A stretch of DNA of 64,000 bases from IMG/VR virus record IMGVR_UViG_3300028833_000058; one strand, given 5' to 3'. The notes under the pieces are model-generated. The model had not been told where the DNA came from. It did not search any database and saw nothing but the letters and a program-made list of their open reading frames with translations. The stretch comes from a virus. Taxonomy: Duplodnaviria > Caudoviricetes. Shown here piece after piece: positions 9,485-19,006 of the stretch. How positions within the stretch are numbered: position 1 is the stretch's first letter; every line of letters begins with the position of its first letter. The position numbers were made by a program, and so were the translations under genes.

Positions 9485-11935
9485 CTAATCTGGTTGTTTG
9501 ACCAATGAGTTCATCACTTGACTTTCAAAACTCCAAAGACTTGATGAATCTGATGACCATGTATCTGCTACTTCTGACTGTCTTTCTTTGTCTTGTTTTT
9601 TCAGTATGTCACTTGTATCTTTAGTAGATTCAGCTATTTGTTTGAAAAGATTAGTATATTCAGTTTGTTGTTGTATCTCTTCTCTTTTACCTTCTTCGAT
9701 TTGTTTTTCATTTTGTTTATTAACCATTGTTTCTGTTTCTTGTGTGACTGTTTTTTGTTTTCTATAATCATGTGGTCCTTGTACACCGTTTACTTGTCCA
9801 AAAAAACCTTCACCTTTTTGTTTAGCTTGTTCTATTTCTTGTGGAGTTAAATTTGTATTTTGATACATTTCTTGAGCTTTCGTTCTATCTTCATTTTCAA
9901 CGTTGTCTGATTTAATTCCAAAAAGTTCAAGAATTGGTTTAATGAAAGGTATGTCCTTTATATAATCGACAACCTTGTTAATAGTATCTTTAATTGTATT
10001 CCATATAGACAAAGCTTTTTGTTTAATCCAATCTACACCTTCTTTACCAACCTCTTCTACCCAATCCACAACTCTTTGTGGACCACCGTTTTTTACCCAA
10101 TTGAAAATGTCTTCACCAAATTTTTCACCAAGAGCAAATAATCCATTAGCTATACCTTTTACAGCCTTCCAAGCCGTTTCTCCAACTATTTGTATTAAAC
10201 TTTTAGAATTTGCGTTTTCATTACCTTCTTCGTCTTTACCATTTATCCATTCAAAGACACTTTCACCTAATTTTACTCCAGCATCGAATAGTTTTTCACC
10301 TAAAGTTTTTATACAGTCATACGCCTTTTTACCTAATTCTTTAGGGTCTATAGTAGGTAAACTTATTCCAGCTAAACCTTCAACAGCTTTATCTACTAAA
10401 GATTTCTTTTCGTTCTTTATTTCACCACTTTGAATTTGTGTCTGTATATCACCAAGCGCATAAGTTTCTATTTCTTTTGCTGTATACTCTTTACCTGTAG
10501 CTGGATTTATTTTTCCTATATATGGTTTGCGGAAATCATCAAAAGTTTTATCTGTGCCAGAAACTACCCAATTCATTTTACTGAAACTAAATTCTGTATC
10601 TATTCCAGCGTTTCTTGGAATATTTCTATTTTTTATACGGTCCCACACAAATCCACCAGCTGCACCTAAGAGTGCACCTATTAATAATCCTTTTATCCCA
10701 AACTTTGAACCAATTAAACCACCTGCTATAGCACCTTCTATGGTTTCAGATGGTACATTTTCAAGTGGAGTTCCTTTTGTAGATTCTTCTACAGTTAAGT
10801 CAACTTCTTTTAGAAATGTACCAAAACCATAATTTTTAATTGTACTAACGGCATTTCTAAGAGATTCAGTGCCTAATGCCAATCCAAGAAGTGCACCTTT
10901 TGGACCAGCTAGAGCAAAACCACCTACTACACCCTTAAATTGTTCAGGTGATAATGTAATTCCTAACGGTTCTAATAATTCATTTAGTTTTTCGGCTCCA
11001 ATGTCTATAAGTGTTGGTCCTTGAACTTTAGTTTTTATTACACCTATAGATTCCCCTAAAAGATGAACGGCTAATCCAGCAACAGCACCCTTCCAACCAG
11101 CAATTGCAAGTCCAGCAGCCATACTAGGAAGATATGCTTGCATTGTATTCACTAAAACATCAGCGTTTTCACCACCGATTTTACCTGCTAACACTTCTTT
11201 TAGCCATGGACCAATTTTTTCACCTAATTTAATAGCTAAATATGCTCCTATTGCACCTTTCAAAGCGTCTATTAGTAAACCACCAATTGTTCCAGCTATT
11301 CCTGAAATAAACCCAAGAGCTTTAGAGAAGAAACTTTGTCTTTCTGTATCTTTAGGTTTTGAGCTTTTAGTCTTATTTTTTATCGCACCAAGAATATCAT
11401 CTAGTTTTTTATTTAGTTTTTTACCTTCGTTATCTTCTATAGCTGAGGAACTCTTTCCAGATATTCTACGACTTGGTGCAAGAGCTTTTACTATCCCACC
11501 AACAGCGTTTGTCATAACTTTAAGAGGTGGAAGTAAAACCTGTTTAACAACTACAGGATTCAACATTCCACCTGTCACGGCTGATAAAGCAATAGCAGTA
11601 GTATTATCTCTTGTGTTTTGGTCTACACCAATAGAAGAACCTACACCATGTGTTCTACTATATTTTTGAGAATACTCGGAGTAATGTTTTTGGTCATTAG
11701 CTAAACCGAGTTGTGCTCTTTGAAGTTGTAATCTAGACAACTCTAACTGATTTGCTTTTATTTTCTTTTCATCAGCAGTTAATTCTTTTTCAGATTTCTT
11801 GTTGATAGTCTGTATTAATTTAGCAATGTTATTGTTTAAATCTTCCAAAGCCTTTTCTTTTCCAAGTTGAGTTTGTTCATCTTGAATTTGTTGAAAAGTC
11901 TTTGGTTCTTTAATCGTTGTTGTTATAGTTGCCAT
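9485..11935 (-). CDS. Tape measure protein
   Basis: Long Ala/Gly-rich amphipathic repeats, Trp periodicity, position in tail module. Confidence 0.75.
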   Translation of the reverse strand: MATITTTIKEPKTFQQIQDEQTQLGKEKALEDLNNNIAKLIQTINKKSEKELTADEKKIKANQLELSRLQLQRAQLGLANDQKHYSEYSQKYSRTHGVGSSIGVDQNTRDNTTAIALSAVTGGMLNPVVVKQVLLPPLKVMTNAVGGIVKALAPSRRISGKSSSAIEDNEGKKLNKKLDDILGAIKNKTKSSKPKDTERQSFFSKALGFISGIAGTIGGLLIDALKGAIGAYLAIKLGEKIGPWLKEVLAGKIGGENADVLVNTMQAYLPSMAAGLAIAGWKGAVAGLAVHLLGESIGVIKTKVQGPTLIDIGAEKLNELLEPLGITLSPEQFKGVVGGFALAGPKGALLGLALGTESLRNAVSTIKNYGFGTFLKEVDLTVEESTKGTPLENVPSETIEGAIAGGLIGSKFGIKGLLIGALLGAAGGFVWDRIKNRNIPRNAGIDTEFSFSKMNWVVSGTDKTFDDFRKPYIGKINPATGKEYTAKEIETYALGDIQTQIQSGEIKNEKKSLVDKAVEGLAGISLPTIDPKELGKKAYDCIKTLGEKLFDAGVKLGESVFEWINGKDEEGNENANSKSLIQIVGETAWKAVKGIANGLFALGEKFGEDIFNWVKNGGPQRVVDWVEEVGKEGVDWIKQKALSIWNTIKDTINKVVDYIKDIPFIKPILELFGIKSDNVENEDRTKAQEMYQNTNLTPQEIEQAKQKGEGFFGQVNGVQGPHDYRKQKTVTQETETMVNKQNEKQIEEGKREEIQQQTEYTNLFKQIAESTKDTSDILKKQDKERQSEVADTWSSDSSSLWSFESQVMNSLVKQPD

Positions 11936-11947
11936 TTCTTCTTCTTT

Positions 11948-12139
11948 TTAATAAAACATATTTTCGATTGAAGTCCTTCCCTCTTTCTCTTGCTGTTGGT
12001 CTATCATATACTGTTGTTGTCTATCATATAACCAAATCATGTAGTCCAGTGGCATGTTGTCTAAATCTTCAAAACTCATGTGGAGATTTCTAATCAACCA
12101 CCACTGGCACTCTAATATGTCATTTATATCAAATTGCGG
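11948..12139 (-). CDS. Small gp51-like / tail-chaperone extension frame (PQFDINDILECQWWLIRNLHMSFEDLDNMPLDYMIW...), possibly reached by frameshift
   Basis: Open frame with MSFEDLDNMP motif, overlapping the end of 12129..12896 at a T7 run; stop TAA at 11948-11950. Confidence 0.55.
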   Translation of the reverse strand, partial: PQFDINDILECQWWLIRNLHMSFEDLDNMPLDYMIWLYDRQQQYMIDQQQEKEGRTSIENMFY

Positions 12140-12896
12140 AAAAAAACTCTTCTAGAGCTAACGTATAGCTTCTAGTTTCCTCCTTTCCACATTTTGGACA
12201 TTTGACAGTAACTTCTTCTCTTACTCCCCAAATCGTATGTGTGAACCAGTCTTCAATTGTAGTAATATCCTCAGCTGTGATATCACCGTTAGAAGCAGCT
12301 TCGTATAATTCATCTACAGATTTATTTTTAGAAATTAAACACAAGTCTAATAACAACAGTCTCATTTGTAAGTCATCTGGGTCGATTTTATACTTCTTTG
12401 TAATTCTATCGATAGTTAAGTCATCACCCATAGTCTTTTGACGAATGTCTACTTCACCAAAGTTTTCTAAAACGACCTTAGTTTTTAAATTTTCGATATC
12501 TTCAGGTGTATAAATCTTCAACTGGTCTATCTTCAATTCATGTCTAATTTCTTCGTTGCATCTTTTGTTAGTACCTGGATTTCCTTCATCCTCAACAATG
12601 TTTGTGCAACTAAATCTAAGTTTTACAGGATATTTAGCGTATGTGATAAAACGAATTTTATACAAAATATATTGTACATCAAACCAATACAACTCTTCAA
12701 AAGTCATTGCTGGATTGTCAATCATCACCAACTTCTTAATGAAATCGATGAAATCTTTATTTGTTTTCTGTTCTTTAGTAGACAAAGACAAAATGTATTT
12801 TTGTTCAAGTGGTGTAATTTTTCTTACACTAAGATTGAACTCTTTGTCATAGAGTGATTTTCCTGGTATATCGACAGCGTAATATTCCTGCGCCAT
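12129..12896 (-). CDS. Baseplate hub assembly chaperone (gp26-like)
   Basis: VRKITPLEQK, DVQYILYKIR, C-terminal CPKCG...EEFF. Confidence 0.7.
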   Translation of the reverse strand: MAQEYYAVDIPGKSLYDKEFNLSVRKITPLEQKYILSLSTKEQKTNKDFIDFIKKLVMIDNPAMTFEELYWFDVQYILYKIRFITYAKYPVKLRFSCTNIVEDEGNPGTNKRCNEEIRHELKIDQLKIYTPEDIENLKTKVVLENFGEVDIRQKTMGDDLTIDRITKKYKIDPDDLQMRLLLLDLCLISKNKSVDELYEAASNGDITAEDITTIEDWFTHTIWGVREEVTVKCPKCGKEETRSYTLALEEFFSAI

Positions 12897-12915
12897 TTTA
12901 GTTCTCCTTTTTAAA

Positions 12916-13653
12916 TTACGTATAAACTTTATCTATAGAATAATCATCAGTGTTACTTACTAACAAGTTGCTTATAGCTTTGTCTACTAAACTTGACGGT
13001 GAAGTAACAGTATTCTGTATAATAGAACTATATGCTCTATTAGCATCAAAACAAATTTTATCAACTTTAAAACTTTGTGTTATCACAAGTCTATTTGGTG
13101 TCATAGAATATTTAAATTTGAAGTTTTCTTGTGTATTTGGATAACAACCCATTAACGTAAAATGGTAAGTCGCTAGATTTTCTGACTGAAGATTACCTGG
13201 CCCATATACATAAACTTCAATATTCTTTTTATAAACTGTGCCAGGGTAATAAAATTCACCATTAAAATTAAATATCATAGAACGCCATGCTTCTAGGTAA
13301 TACTGAGATAACATGTTAGCTTCACAGAACATGGTGATTACCACATCGCTATACGGTTCAATATCTGATACTAAATTATAAAATCCAGTTCTTACACGTC
13401 TTGTTTCTGATTTAAAAGTTAATGGTCTAAAGTTTATTTCTTCTACAATTGGTTGATAACTGGTTAAACCAACTACACTTGAAAATTTATCCCAAAGTGA
13501 ACCTAAAGATAAAACACTACAACCACAATTACAAGATTCTCTGTTTTTATCATAATCAACTAAATCAAGTTTGGGCATAATTACCTCAAACCTATCGTCT
13601 GTAGCACAATCTGCTATATAATCTACTTGTAATGCTGATTGAAATCTAAACAT
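12916..13653 (-). CDS. Tail tube-fold protein (gp54/gp19-like)
   Basis: VVITMFCEANM...YLEAWR...YPGTVYKKNIEV...LMGCYP motifs. Confidence 0.65.
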   Translation of the reverse strand: MFRFQSALQVDYIADCATDDRFEVIMPKLDLVDYDKNRESCNCGCSVLSLGSLWDKFSSVVGLTSYQPIVEEINFRPLTFKSETRRVRTGFYNLVSDIEPYSDVVITMFCEANMLSQYYLEAWRSMIFNFNGEFYYPGTVYKKNIEVYVYGPGNLQSENLATYHFTLMGCYPNTQENFKFKYSMTPNRLVITQSFKVDKICFDANRAYSSIIQNTVTSPSSLVDKAISNLLVSNTDDYSIDKVYT

Positions 13654-13664
13654 GTTTTATTCCA

Positions 13665-14342
13665 TTAAAATAAATTCTTTATGTTTTTAAATGTGTCTAA
13701 TGGTTGGTTACTATCAATACCATGGTCAAATAAGTTAGCTACACCGTTTACCAAGCTGTAAGAATTTGCGCCAAACCAATCGTAATTGAAAGTGATTTTA
13801 ACACTAATTGGAGAAGAATCACTCGGACTTAAATTACCAACCTCATAAGATATTGGATATACACCTCTTAACCACAGTGTACGCATACCGAGTTCTTTTC
13901 CGCTAAATGGATATTTCACGTGGCCACCTAATTGAATTCTTGCTACCGTTTTATATAAAACAGATGGTAAACGTGTTCCTGCTACTGGCGAATTTATGAT
14001 ATCACACCAAGCTTCAATCGTATTTAATATAGACCCCTCATAATCTTCTGTCACTTCAACTGTCCAAGTACCAGACCTATCTTGAACTTGTCCCAATCTT
14101 CTAACGTGACCAGCTATAACAAGTTCTGTTTGTGAAATCTTTGCACCAGGATAACCATAAGAAGTACAACGTAATCTAAGTTCCTTTGGACCTGTTGTGG
14201 CCATATTTCCAGACACTACACCGACTATCTTTTGTTCCAATTTAGATAACAACAATCCAGGCGTATCAGATATAATGAATTCTACCTGAGATTGTTTAAT
14301 CGGGTCTTTTAAAGCTCTTATTTCGTTTAATTTTCTTAACAT
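13665..14342 (-). CDS. Tail tube-like protein (gp19 paralog)
   Basis: LRLRC..YGYPG, GTWTVEVTED, LRGVYP, ITFNYDWF. Confidence 0.75.
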   Translation of the reverse strand: MLRKLNEIRALKDPIKQSQVEFIISDTPGLLLSKLEQKIVGVVSGNMATTGPKELRLRCTSYGYPGAKISQTELVIAGHVRRLGQVQDRSGTWTVEVTEDYEGSILNTIEAWCDIINSPVAGTRLPSVLYKTVARIQLGGHVKYPFSGKELGMRTLWLRGVYPISYEVGNLSPSDSSPISVKITFNYDWFGANSYSLVNGVANLFDHGIDSNQPLDTFKNIKNLF

Positions 14343-14435
14343 TTCTTTTGGGGGATTTATTTTCTATTTGTAATATATTTAATAGAACTAATGGAAGTAA
14401 ACAAAGTTCACAAAAATATTCTTTATTTACATAAA

Positions 14436-14464
14436 GAAAAAGGGATAGTCGTGACCATCCCTTT
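14436..14464 (-). terminator. Rho-independent terminator after the tube gene
   Basis: AAAGGGAT-loop-ATCCCTTT followed by a U tract on the minus strand. Confidence 0.6.
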
Positions 14465-14488
14465 AGACAATTTAATGTTACATTTAAG

Positions 14489-15040
14489 TTAGTCGATTTC
14501 ATTTCCCATTAAGAAATAGTTGTAATTGAAAGTAGCTGTTATCTCAATTGGATTTGAACTACTTGCTTGAATACTTGGGAAACTAATGTTTGTCGGGAAT
14601 ACGTCATAAAGTCTCAAATCGTATCTTGTCATGCCTTCTGGCTTTGGTTCGTACAATTCTGGATTAAGTAAAGCAACGTTTACAGTAGCGCAATAAGCAT
14701 CAAGTAAAGAAATTGTACCATTTTTATAGTTGTGATACATGTTTAACCAAACTTTCATTGCTTCTGTAATAGCAGAATCCCAAACTTCTGTAAAGGTAAC
14801 AGTCCATTCACCTTGACGTGTTTGTTTACCAGCGTATACACGATGGAATCCACCCCAATCAACTTCTGTCTTATCACCAGTCAGTGTAGGGAACCCAAAA
14901 GTTTGACAACGAAGCTCTAAATCTTCTGTTTTTACTAAAGATGTCAAAGGAGAACCAGATGGAAAAGAAATGACCCAGTTAACGTCAAACATTTTCAATG
15001 GATCCTTTAGATTCTGAACTTTACTTAAAGAATGTAACAT
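14489..15040 (-). CDS. Tail tube protein (gp19-like)
   Basis: LELRC..FGFP, GEWTVTFTE, LYDVFPTNI, TFNYNYF. Confidence 0.8.
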   Translation of the reverse strand: MLHSLSKVQNLKDPLKMFDVNWVISFPSGSPLTSLVKTEDLELRCQTFGFPTLTGDKTEVDWGGFHRVYAGKQTRQGEWTVTFTEVWDSAITEAMKVWLNMYHNYKNGTISLLDAYCATVNVALLNPELYEPKPEGMTRYDLRLYDVFPTNISFPSIQASSSNPIEITATFNYNYFLMGNEID

Positions 15041-15126
15041 TTAATTTTTCCTTATATTTTGGTTTAAAGTTGTATCATTTATAAAATAGAACTTATTTTA
15101 AATTAAATATTGTAAGAATTTTTAAT

Positions 15127-16647
15127 TTAATTTTCTTCTTTTTTCCAAATAAATCTCATAGAGCCTGCGCCATAACACTCGAAAAGCTTTTTCTGGCTGA
15201 CTAATTTTTTAAATTCATGATACTTAGATGGACTTCTACTAAATCTTTTTGTACTATGTACTGTTACATAGAACTTATCTGGTCCAGTAAATCCATCTAA
15301 CTTAAAATTACATTGTTCATATCCTTGACCATTGAACAAATTCCAATCTGCATAGCAAAGTACAGATTGTGGGTCGTATTTCTTAACAAAATACGAAAAA
15401 AGTTTACTTGTACCCCCAACTACAGAGTTATTACTAGCTGGACACCCTCTAATCCATTCCCATTCAAACTGTTGTTTTTTAGATTTACCTATGTTTCTAG
15501 ATTTGCTGAATGAAGCTATTTGTACAAGATTGTTTTCATAGAACAAACCTAATTTCACAGATGCTTTATGATAACCTTGGATGTGATTTTTCTCACAAAA
15601 CGACTTATATTGGTCATTATCTATCTCTTTAACAACACATTTTCTTGCGTATATAGAATTTTTAGATAATATCCCTAATCTTGCCTTTAAAACATCTTTA
15701 ATTATATCTTGTTGATTTTTCCATTGGTCTTCCCAAATTTGAATCAATTGAATACCCTTTTGTTTGGCAATCATAGATTTGTTGTAATGATAATTTTTTG
15801 TAATTACACCCTCTTTTTTACCATTTAGACTGTGATAATATGACCCGTTATACTCTATTCCTATTCTTTTTTCTGGAACATATACGTCTATCTCAAATCT
15901 TGGTGTATTTTTAGAATTACCAGCACCTTCTATGAGTTTTTCTGTTTTAAGACCTAAACTTTCAACAAATTCACGTATTTCAACTTCAGCTTTAGATACA
16001 AACTGTACACCATTCTCTATATTTTCTTCATATACCTTATTAAGGAAATCTTTATCTTGGAATGGACTTATTTTTCCGTATTTTTCAAGATTCTTTTCTT
16101 TTCGTAATTCTTCTTTATGCTTTATCCCACACTCATAACAGCAAAATTTATGACTTGGTACTGTAAAAGTCTTTCCTTTTCCGTTTATTCCACCACTAGA
16201 CCATATTTTTTCATTTTGCGAATTCCAGTTACCTTGACCTTGTTCGTAGTAATATTCTTTACCACATGTCTCACATTTTCTAACTCCTGATTCTGGTAAA
16301 TTATATTTGTGTATCATGTGGCACTTATAAGAACAGAATTTACTACTTTTAGAATGAGCAGTACCTTGTATCTCAAATTCTTTATTACAAACGATACATT
16401 TTGCAATTTTAGTCGTTTGTTGTTTCTTTTCTATTATCTTATTTATTTCTTCTTTAGACTTTCTTTTCCAACCTTCTTTTATCTTTTTGTCATTATAAGT
16501 TTTACCGCATTGATAACAACAAAATCTATTTACGCTATACCCACTACCACGACCCTTGGATTGTGTGCCATCTTTTCTCCACAAACCAAGTTCAGGATTA
16601 GCGAAATATTCCTCGCCACAATTTTCACATTTGTATTGATTGTTCAT
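15127..16647 (-). CDS. Hef-like homing endonuclease with three N-terminal Zn-finger repeats
   Basis: Repeated CxxC...FC[CS]YxC; EIDVYVPEKRIGIEYNGSYYH (Vsr/DUF559-type nuclease); IYARKC...NHIQG...SYFVKKY...YAD C-terminal domain. Confidence 0.75.
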   Translation of the reverse strand: MNNQYKCENCGEEYFANPELGLWRKDGTQSKGRGSGYSVNRFCCYQCGKTYNDKKIKEGWKRKSKEEINKIIEKKQQTTKIAKCIVCNKEFEIQGTAHSKSSKFCSYKCHMIHKYNLPESGVRKCETCGKEYYYEQGQGNWNSQNEKIWSSGGINGKGKTFTVPSHKFCCYECGIKHKEELRKEKNLEKYGKISPFQDKDFLNKVYEENIENGVQFVSKAEVEIREFVESLGLKTEKLIEGAGNSKNTPRFEIDVYVPEKRIGIEYNGSYYHSLNGKKEGVITKNYHYNKSMIAKQKGIQLIQIWEDQWKNQQDIIKDVLKARLGILSKNSIYARKCVVKEIDNDQYKSFCEKNHIQGYHKASVKLGLFYENNLVQIASFSKSRNIGKSKKQQFEWEWIRGCPASNNSVVGGTSKLFSYFVKKYDPQSVLCYADWNLFNGQGYEQCNFKLDGFTGPDKFYVTVHSTKRFSRSPSKYHEFKKLVSQKKLFECYGAGSMRFIWKKEEN

Positions 16648-16836
16648 TTAGACCTCTTTTTTATATTAGAACATAAACATACAAAAGTAAAGTAAAAAGC
16701 AGGTTGACTAAAAAGTAACCTGCTTACAAATGAAATTCGTTTCTATGTGATTAGAACATGTTTTTTGTTGTCCATACCCAAAGTACACCAACAATTATTA
16801 AATATACAAGTATAACGCCTATGAATATATACATTT

Positions 16837-17538
16837 CTAACTCTTCATTTTATCAGAAGTTAATTTGAGGTCAGCATATTCTCTTTCGTAACGAGTTTTA
16901 TATTTACTGTATTTTTCTGTTCGATAAGCGTATAAACTCTTTACGAAATCTTCAGGTGTGCTTGGCTTATATCTGTCTATAGTGTTTATAACTAATCTGT
17001 ATGCACCACCTATACCATGTTGGATTATAATCGAGTGTAAAGCTGCTTGAACTACCATGTCAGTAGAACCCCAAGTTGTTACCATGTCTAATTTTTTATT
17101 AGTATCAAACTTTTTATAAGCTGGTTTTATTTGAGTTTCTAAAATGAATTCATCATATATTTTTTGGAATCTTTGTTCTTTCGATACTTTTTTCCAAGTG
17201 TTTTTAAAAGTTTCAGTACCAAGATAAGCGTTGTCATATCCACCTGCCTTTTCTAATTCGTTGTAATAATGCAAATTGTGTTGTTTTAGATAAACTAGAA
17301 ATAAGTCAAAGGTAGATTTGTTGCCACCTACTCTTTTAGTTGAGATTTGCCATTTTCCATAAGAATGTCCAACGCAATCTTTACTGATAGCTGAATATCC
17401 TTTCCCACCGTGCTCATATTTTGCTACTACTTCATGTTCATTTGAGAGCATTGAATAGTTGGTTTCAGCTTGAGCTATATTAGGGAGAAAAGATAACAAT
17501 TGTACTGTTAAAGCCGTACAAGCTATTTTGTTTATCAA
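16837..17538 (-). CDS. Secreted lysozyme-like muramidase (VgrG3 C-terminal-like), endolysin candidate
   Basis: N-terminal signal peptide (..IAQA), AKYE...SYGKWQI...QHG...RY motifs. Confidence 0.6.
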   Translation of the reverse strand: MINKIACTALTVQLLSFLPNIAQAETNYSMLSNEHEVVAKYEHGGKGYSAISKDCVGHSYGKWQISTKRVGGNKSTFDLFLVYLKQHNLHYYNELEKAGGYDNAYLGTETFKNTWKKVSKEQRFQKIYDEFILETQIKPAYKKFDTNKKLDMVTTWGSTDMVVQAALHSIIIQHGIGGAYRLVINTIDRYKPSTPEDFVKSLYAYRTEKYSKYKTRYEREYADLKLTSDKMKS

Positions 17539-17698
17539 ATTATGTTCCTTTAGTTGTTAATCCAATTTTAAATTTTAGATGTCCATACTAATTTCGTTTC
17601 AGGTTGATGAAAAAATGCAAGTTTATAGAACTTGTAAAAAATACACTTTTTGAATTTTATTATTCTGACCAAAATTTTATCCGTTTATTTTCAATCAA

Positions 17699-18286
17699 TT
17701 AGAGGTGTTTTTCAGCAAGTACATCCATGGCTCCAAAGTCGATACTTTCTTGAGCTGACATCCAAAAATCACGATTACAAGCTGTTTTTAACTCTTCTAC
17801 TGATTTGTTACAACAGTTAGCTAAATGATTGAAAATACTGTCATTTGCCACAACTGTCTCTTTCATTGATATTTCCATATCTTGTATTTTACCTTCTATA
17901 CCAGAAGAAACAGAATGTAGCATAATTCTTGCGTTTGGATAGACTTTTCTATGTCCTTTTTCACCAGACACAGCTATAACAGCTGACATACTAGCTGTCT
18001 CACCGATGACTGTTGTATAAACTGGACATTTTATAATGTTCATGGTTGAAATTATAGACCAACCTTGCGCTACTGAACCACCAGGTCCACTAATCAACAT
18101 TGTAATCGGTTTGTTTTGGTCTGCTGACTCTAAATACAACAACTGAGCTACTGTAGATTCTGCTAATTCTTCATTTACTCTACCTATACAGAGTATAATT
18201 CTATCGTTTAACAATCTGGTACTCAAGTCAATCATTCTTGTTGTACCATTCTTATCTGTATGTAAAACTCCTGGTGTTCCTAACAT
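17699..18286 (-). CDS. clpP: ATP-dependent Clp protease proteolytic subunit
   Basis: RLLNDRII, AQLLYLES, GPGGSV, ASMS (catalytic Ser), IMLH, RDFWMSA. Confidence 0.92.
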   Translation of the reverse strand: MLGTPGVLHTDKNGTTRMIDLSTRLLNDRIILCIGRVNEELAESTVAQLLYLESADQNKPITMLISGPGGSVAQGWSIISTMNIIKCPVYTTVIGETASMSAVIAVSGEKGHRKVYPNARIMLHSVSSGIEGKIQDMEISMKETVVANDSIFNHLANCCNKSVEELKTACNRDFWMSAQESIDFGAMDVLAEKHL

Positions 18287-18304
18287 ATCACAACTCCTTT
18301 ATTT

Positions 18305-18997
18305 TTAATATTCCATGGATAAAAAGACCAAAGCGTTTGCTTTAACCTCTATCTTATCAGCATATTTTTTAATGTAATCAAATTCTTCTTCAGAAAATTT
18401 AGATTTATCAAAAGTTTTAGCTGTCCCATTAATTTTTAAACAAATCAATCCTGTGTAAGCATCAAATTTTCGTTTAGCGACTACATGATAACCATTTTTT
18501 GTCTCTAAAAAGGTTTCAAAATGCTCTCCACATAACTTTTTTATTATATTTACTATCTTCATGTCTTGAACATCAATGTCAAATAACCATTTACGAGCAT
18601 CTTTATCTGAAGATTCATCTTTCATAATGTTACTTTGAAGTAAATTGTCTAATATTTTTGGTGAATATTCACTTTTGGTTGAACCGATGGCACAATCTAA
18701 GTGTTTATTTATGTCATTTCTTATAGACAACATGGTTTTCGAATAAGATTTTCTATCTGTACACATATACAGTCTGCATTTGTGTAATTTCATTATATCT
18801 GTCATCTCTGTTGCCCAAAACCAATGAAAATCTCTTAAGTCTTTTATAATCCAAGTCTTTATAACTTGACTTTCTTTCATTTGTAGCTCTGGATTGTCTT
18901 TTCTACGTTTAATTGCAACAAAGTAATAAAAAGACTTTGTTGGATTGAACTGAAGCATCGGTTTTATCATTTCAAAACTGTTAAATATTCTTGTCAT
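18305..18997 (-). CDS. Conserved phage protein with AEP-like motifs
   Basis: WLFDID and TKNGYH motifs. Confidence 0.4.
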   Translation of the reverse strand: MTRIFNSFEMIKPMLQFNPTKSFYYFVAIKRRKDNPELQMKESQVIKTWIIKDLRDFHWFWATEMTDIMKLHKCRLYMCTDRKSYSKTMLSIRNDINKHLDCAIGSTKSEYSPKILDNLLQSNIMKDESSDKDARKWLFDIDVQDMKIVNIIKKLCGEHFETFLETKNGYHVVAKRKFDAYTGLICLKINGTAKTFDKSKFSEEEFDYIKKYADKIEVKANALVFLSMEY

Positions 18998-19006
18998 AAC
19001 ATTTTC

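Noticed and set aside
2944-16695. Short plus-strand ORFs antisense to tail and endonuclease genes
   Set aside because: Antisense shadows of well-supported minus-strand genes.
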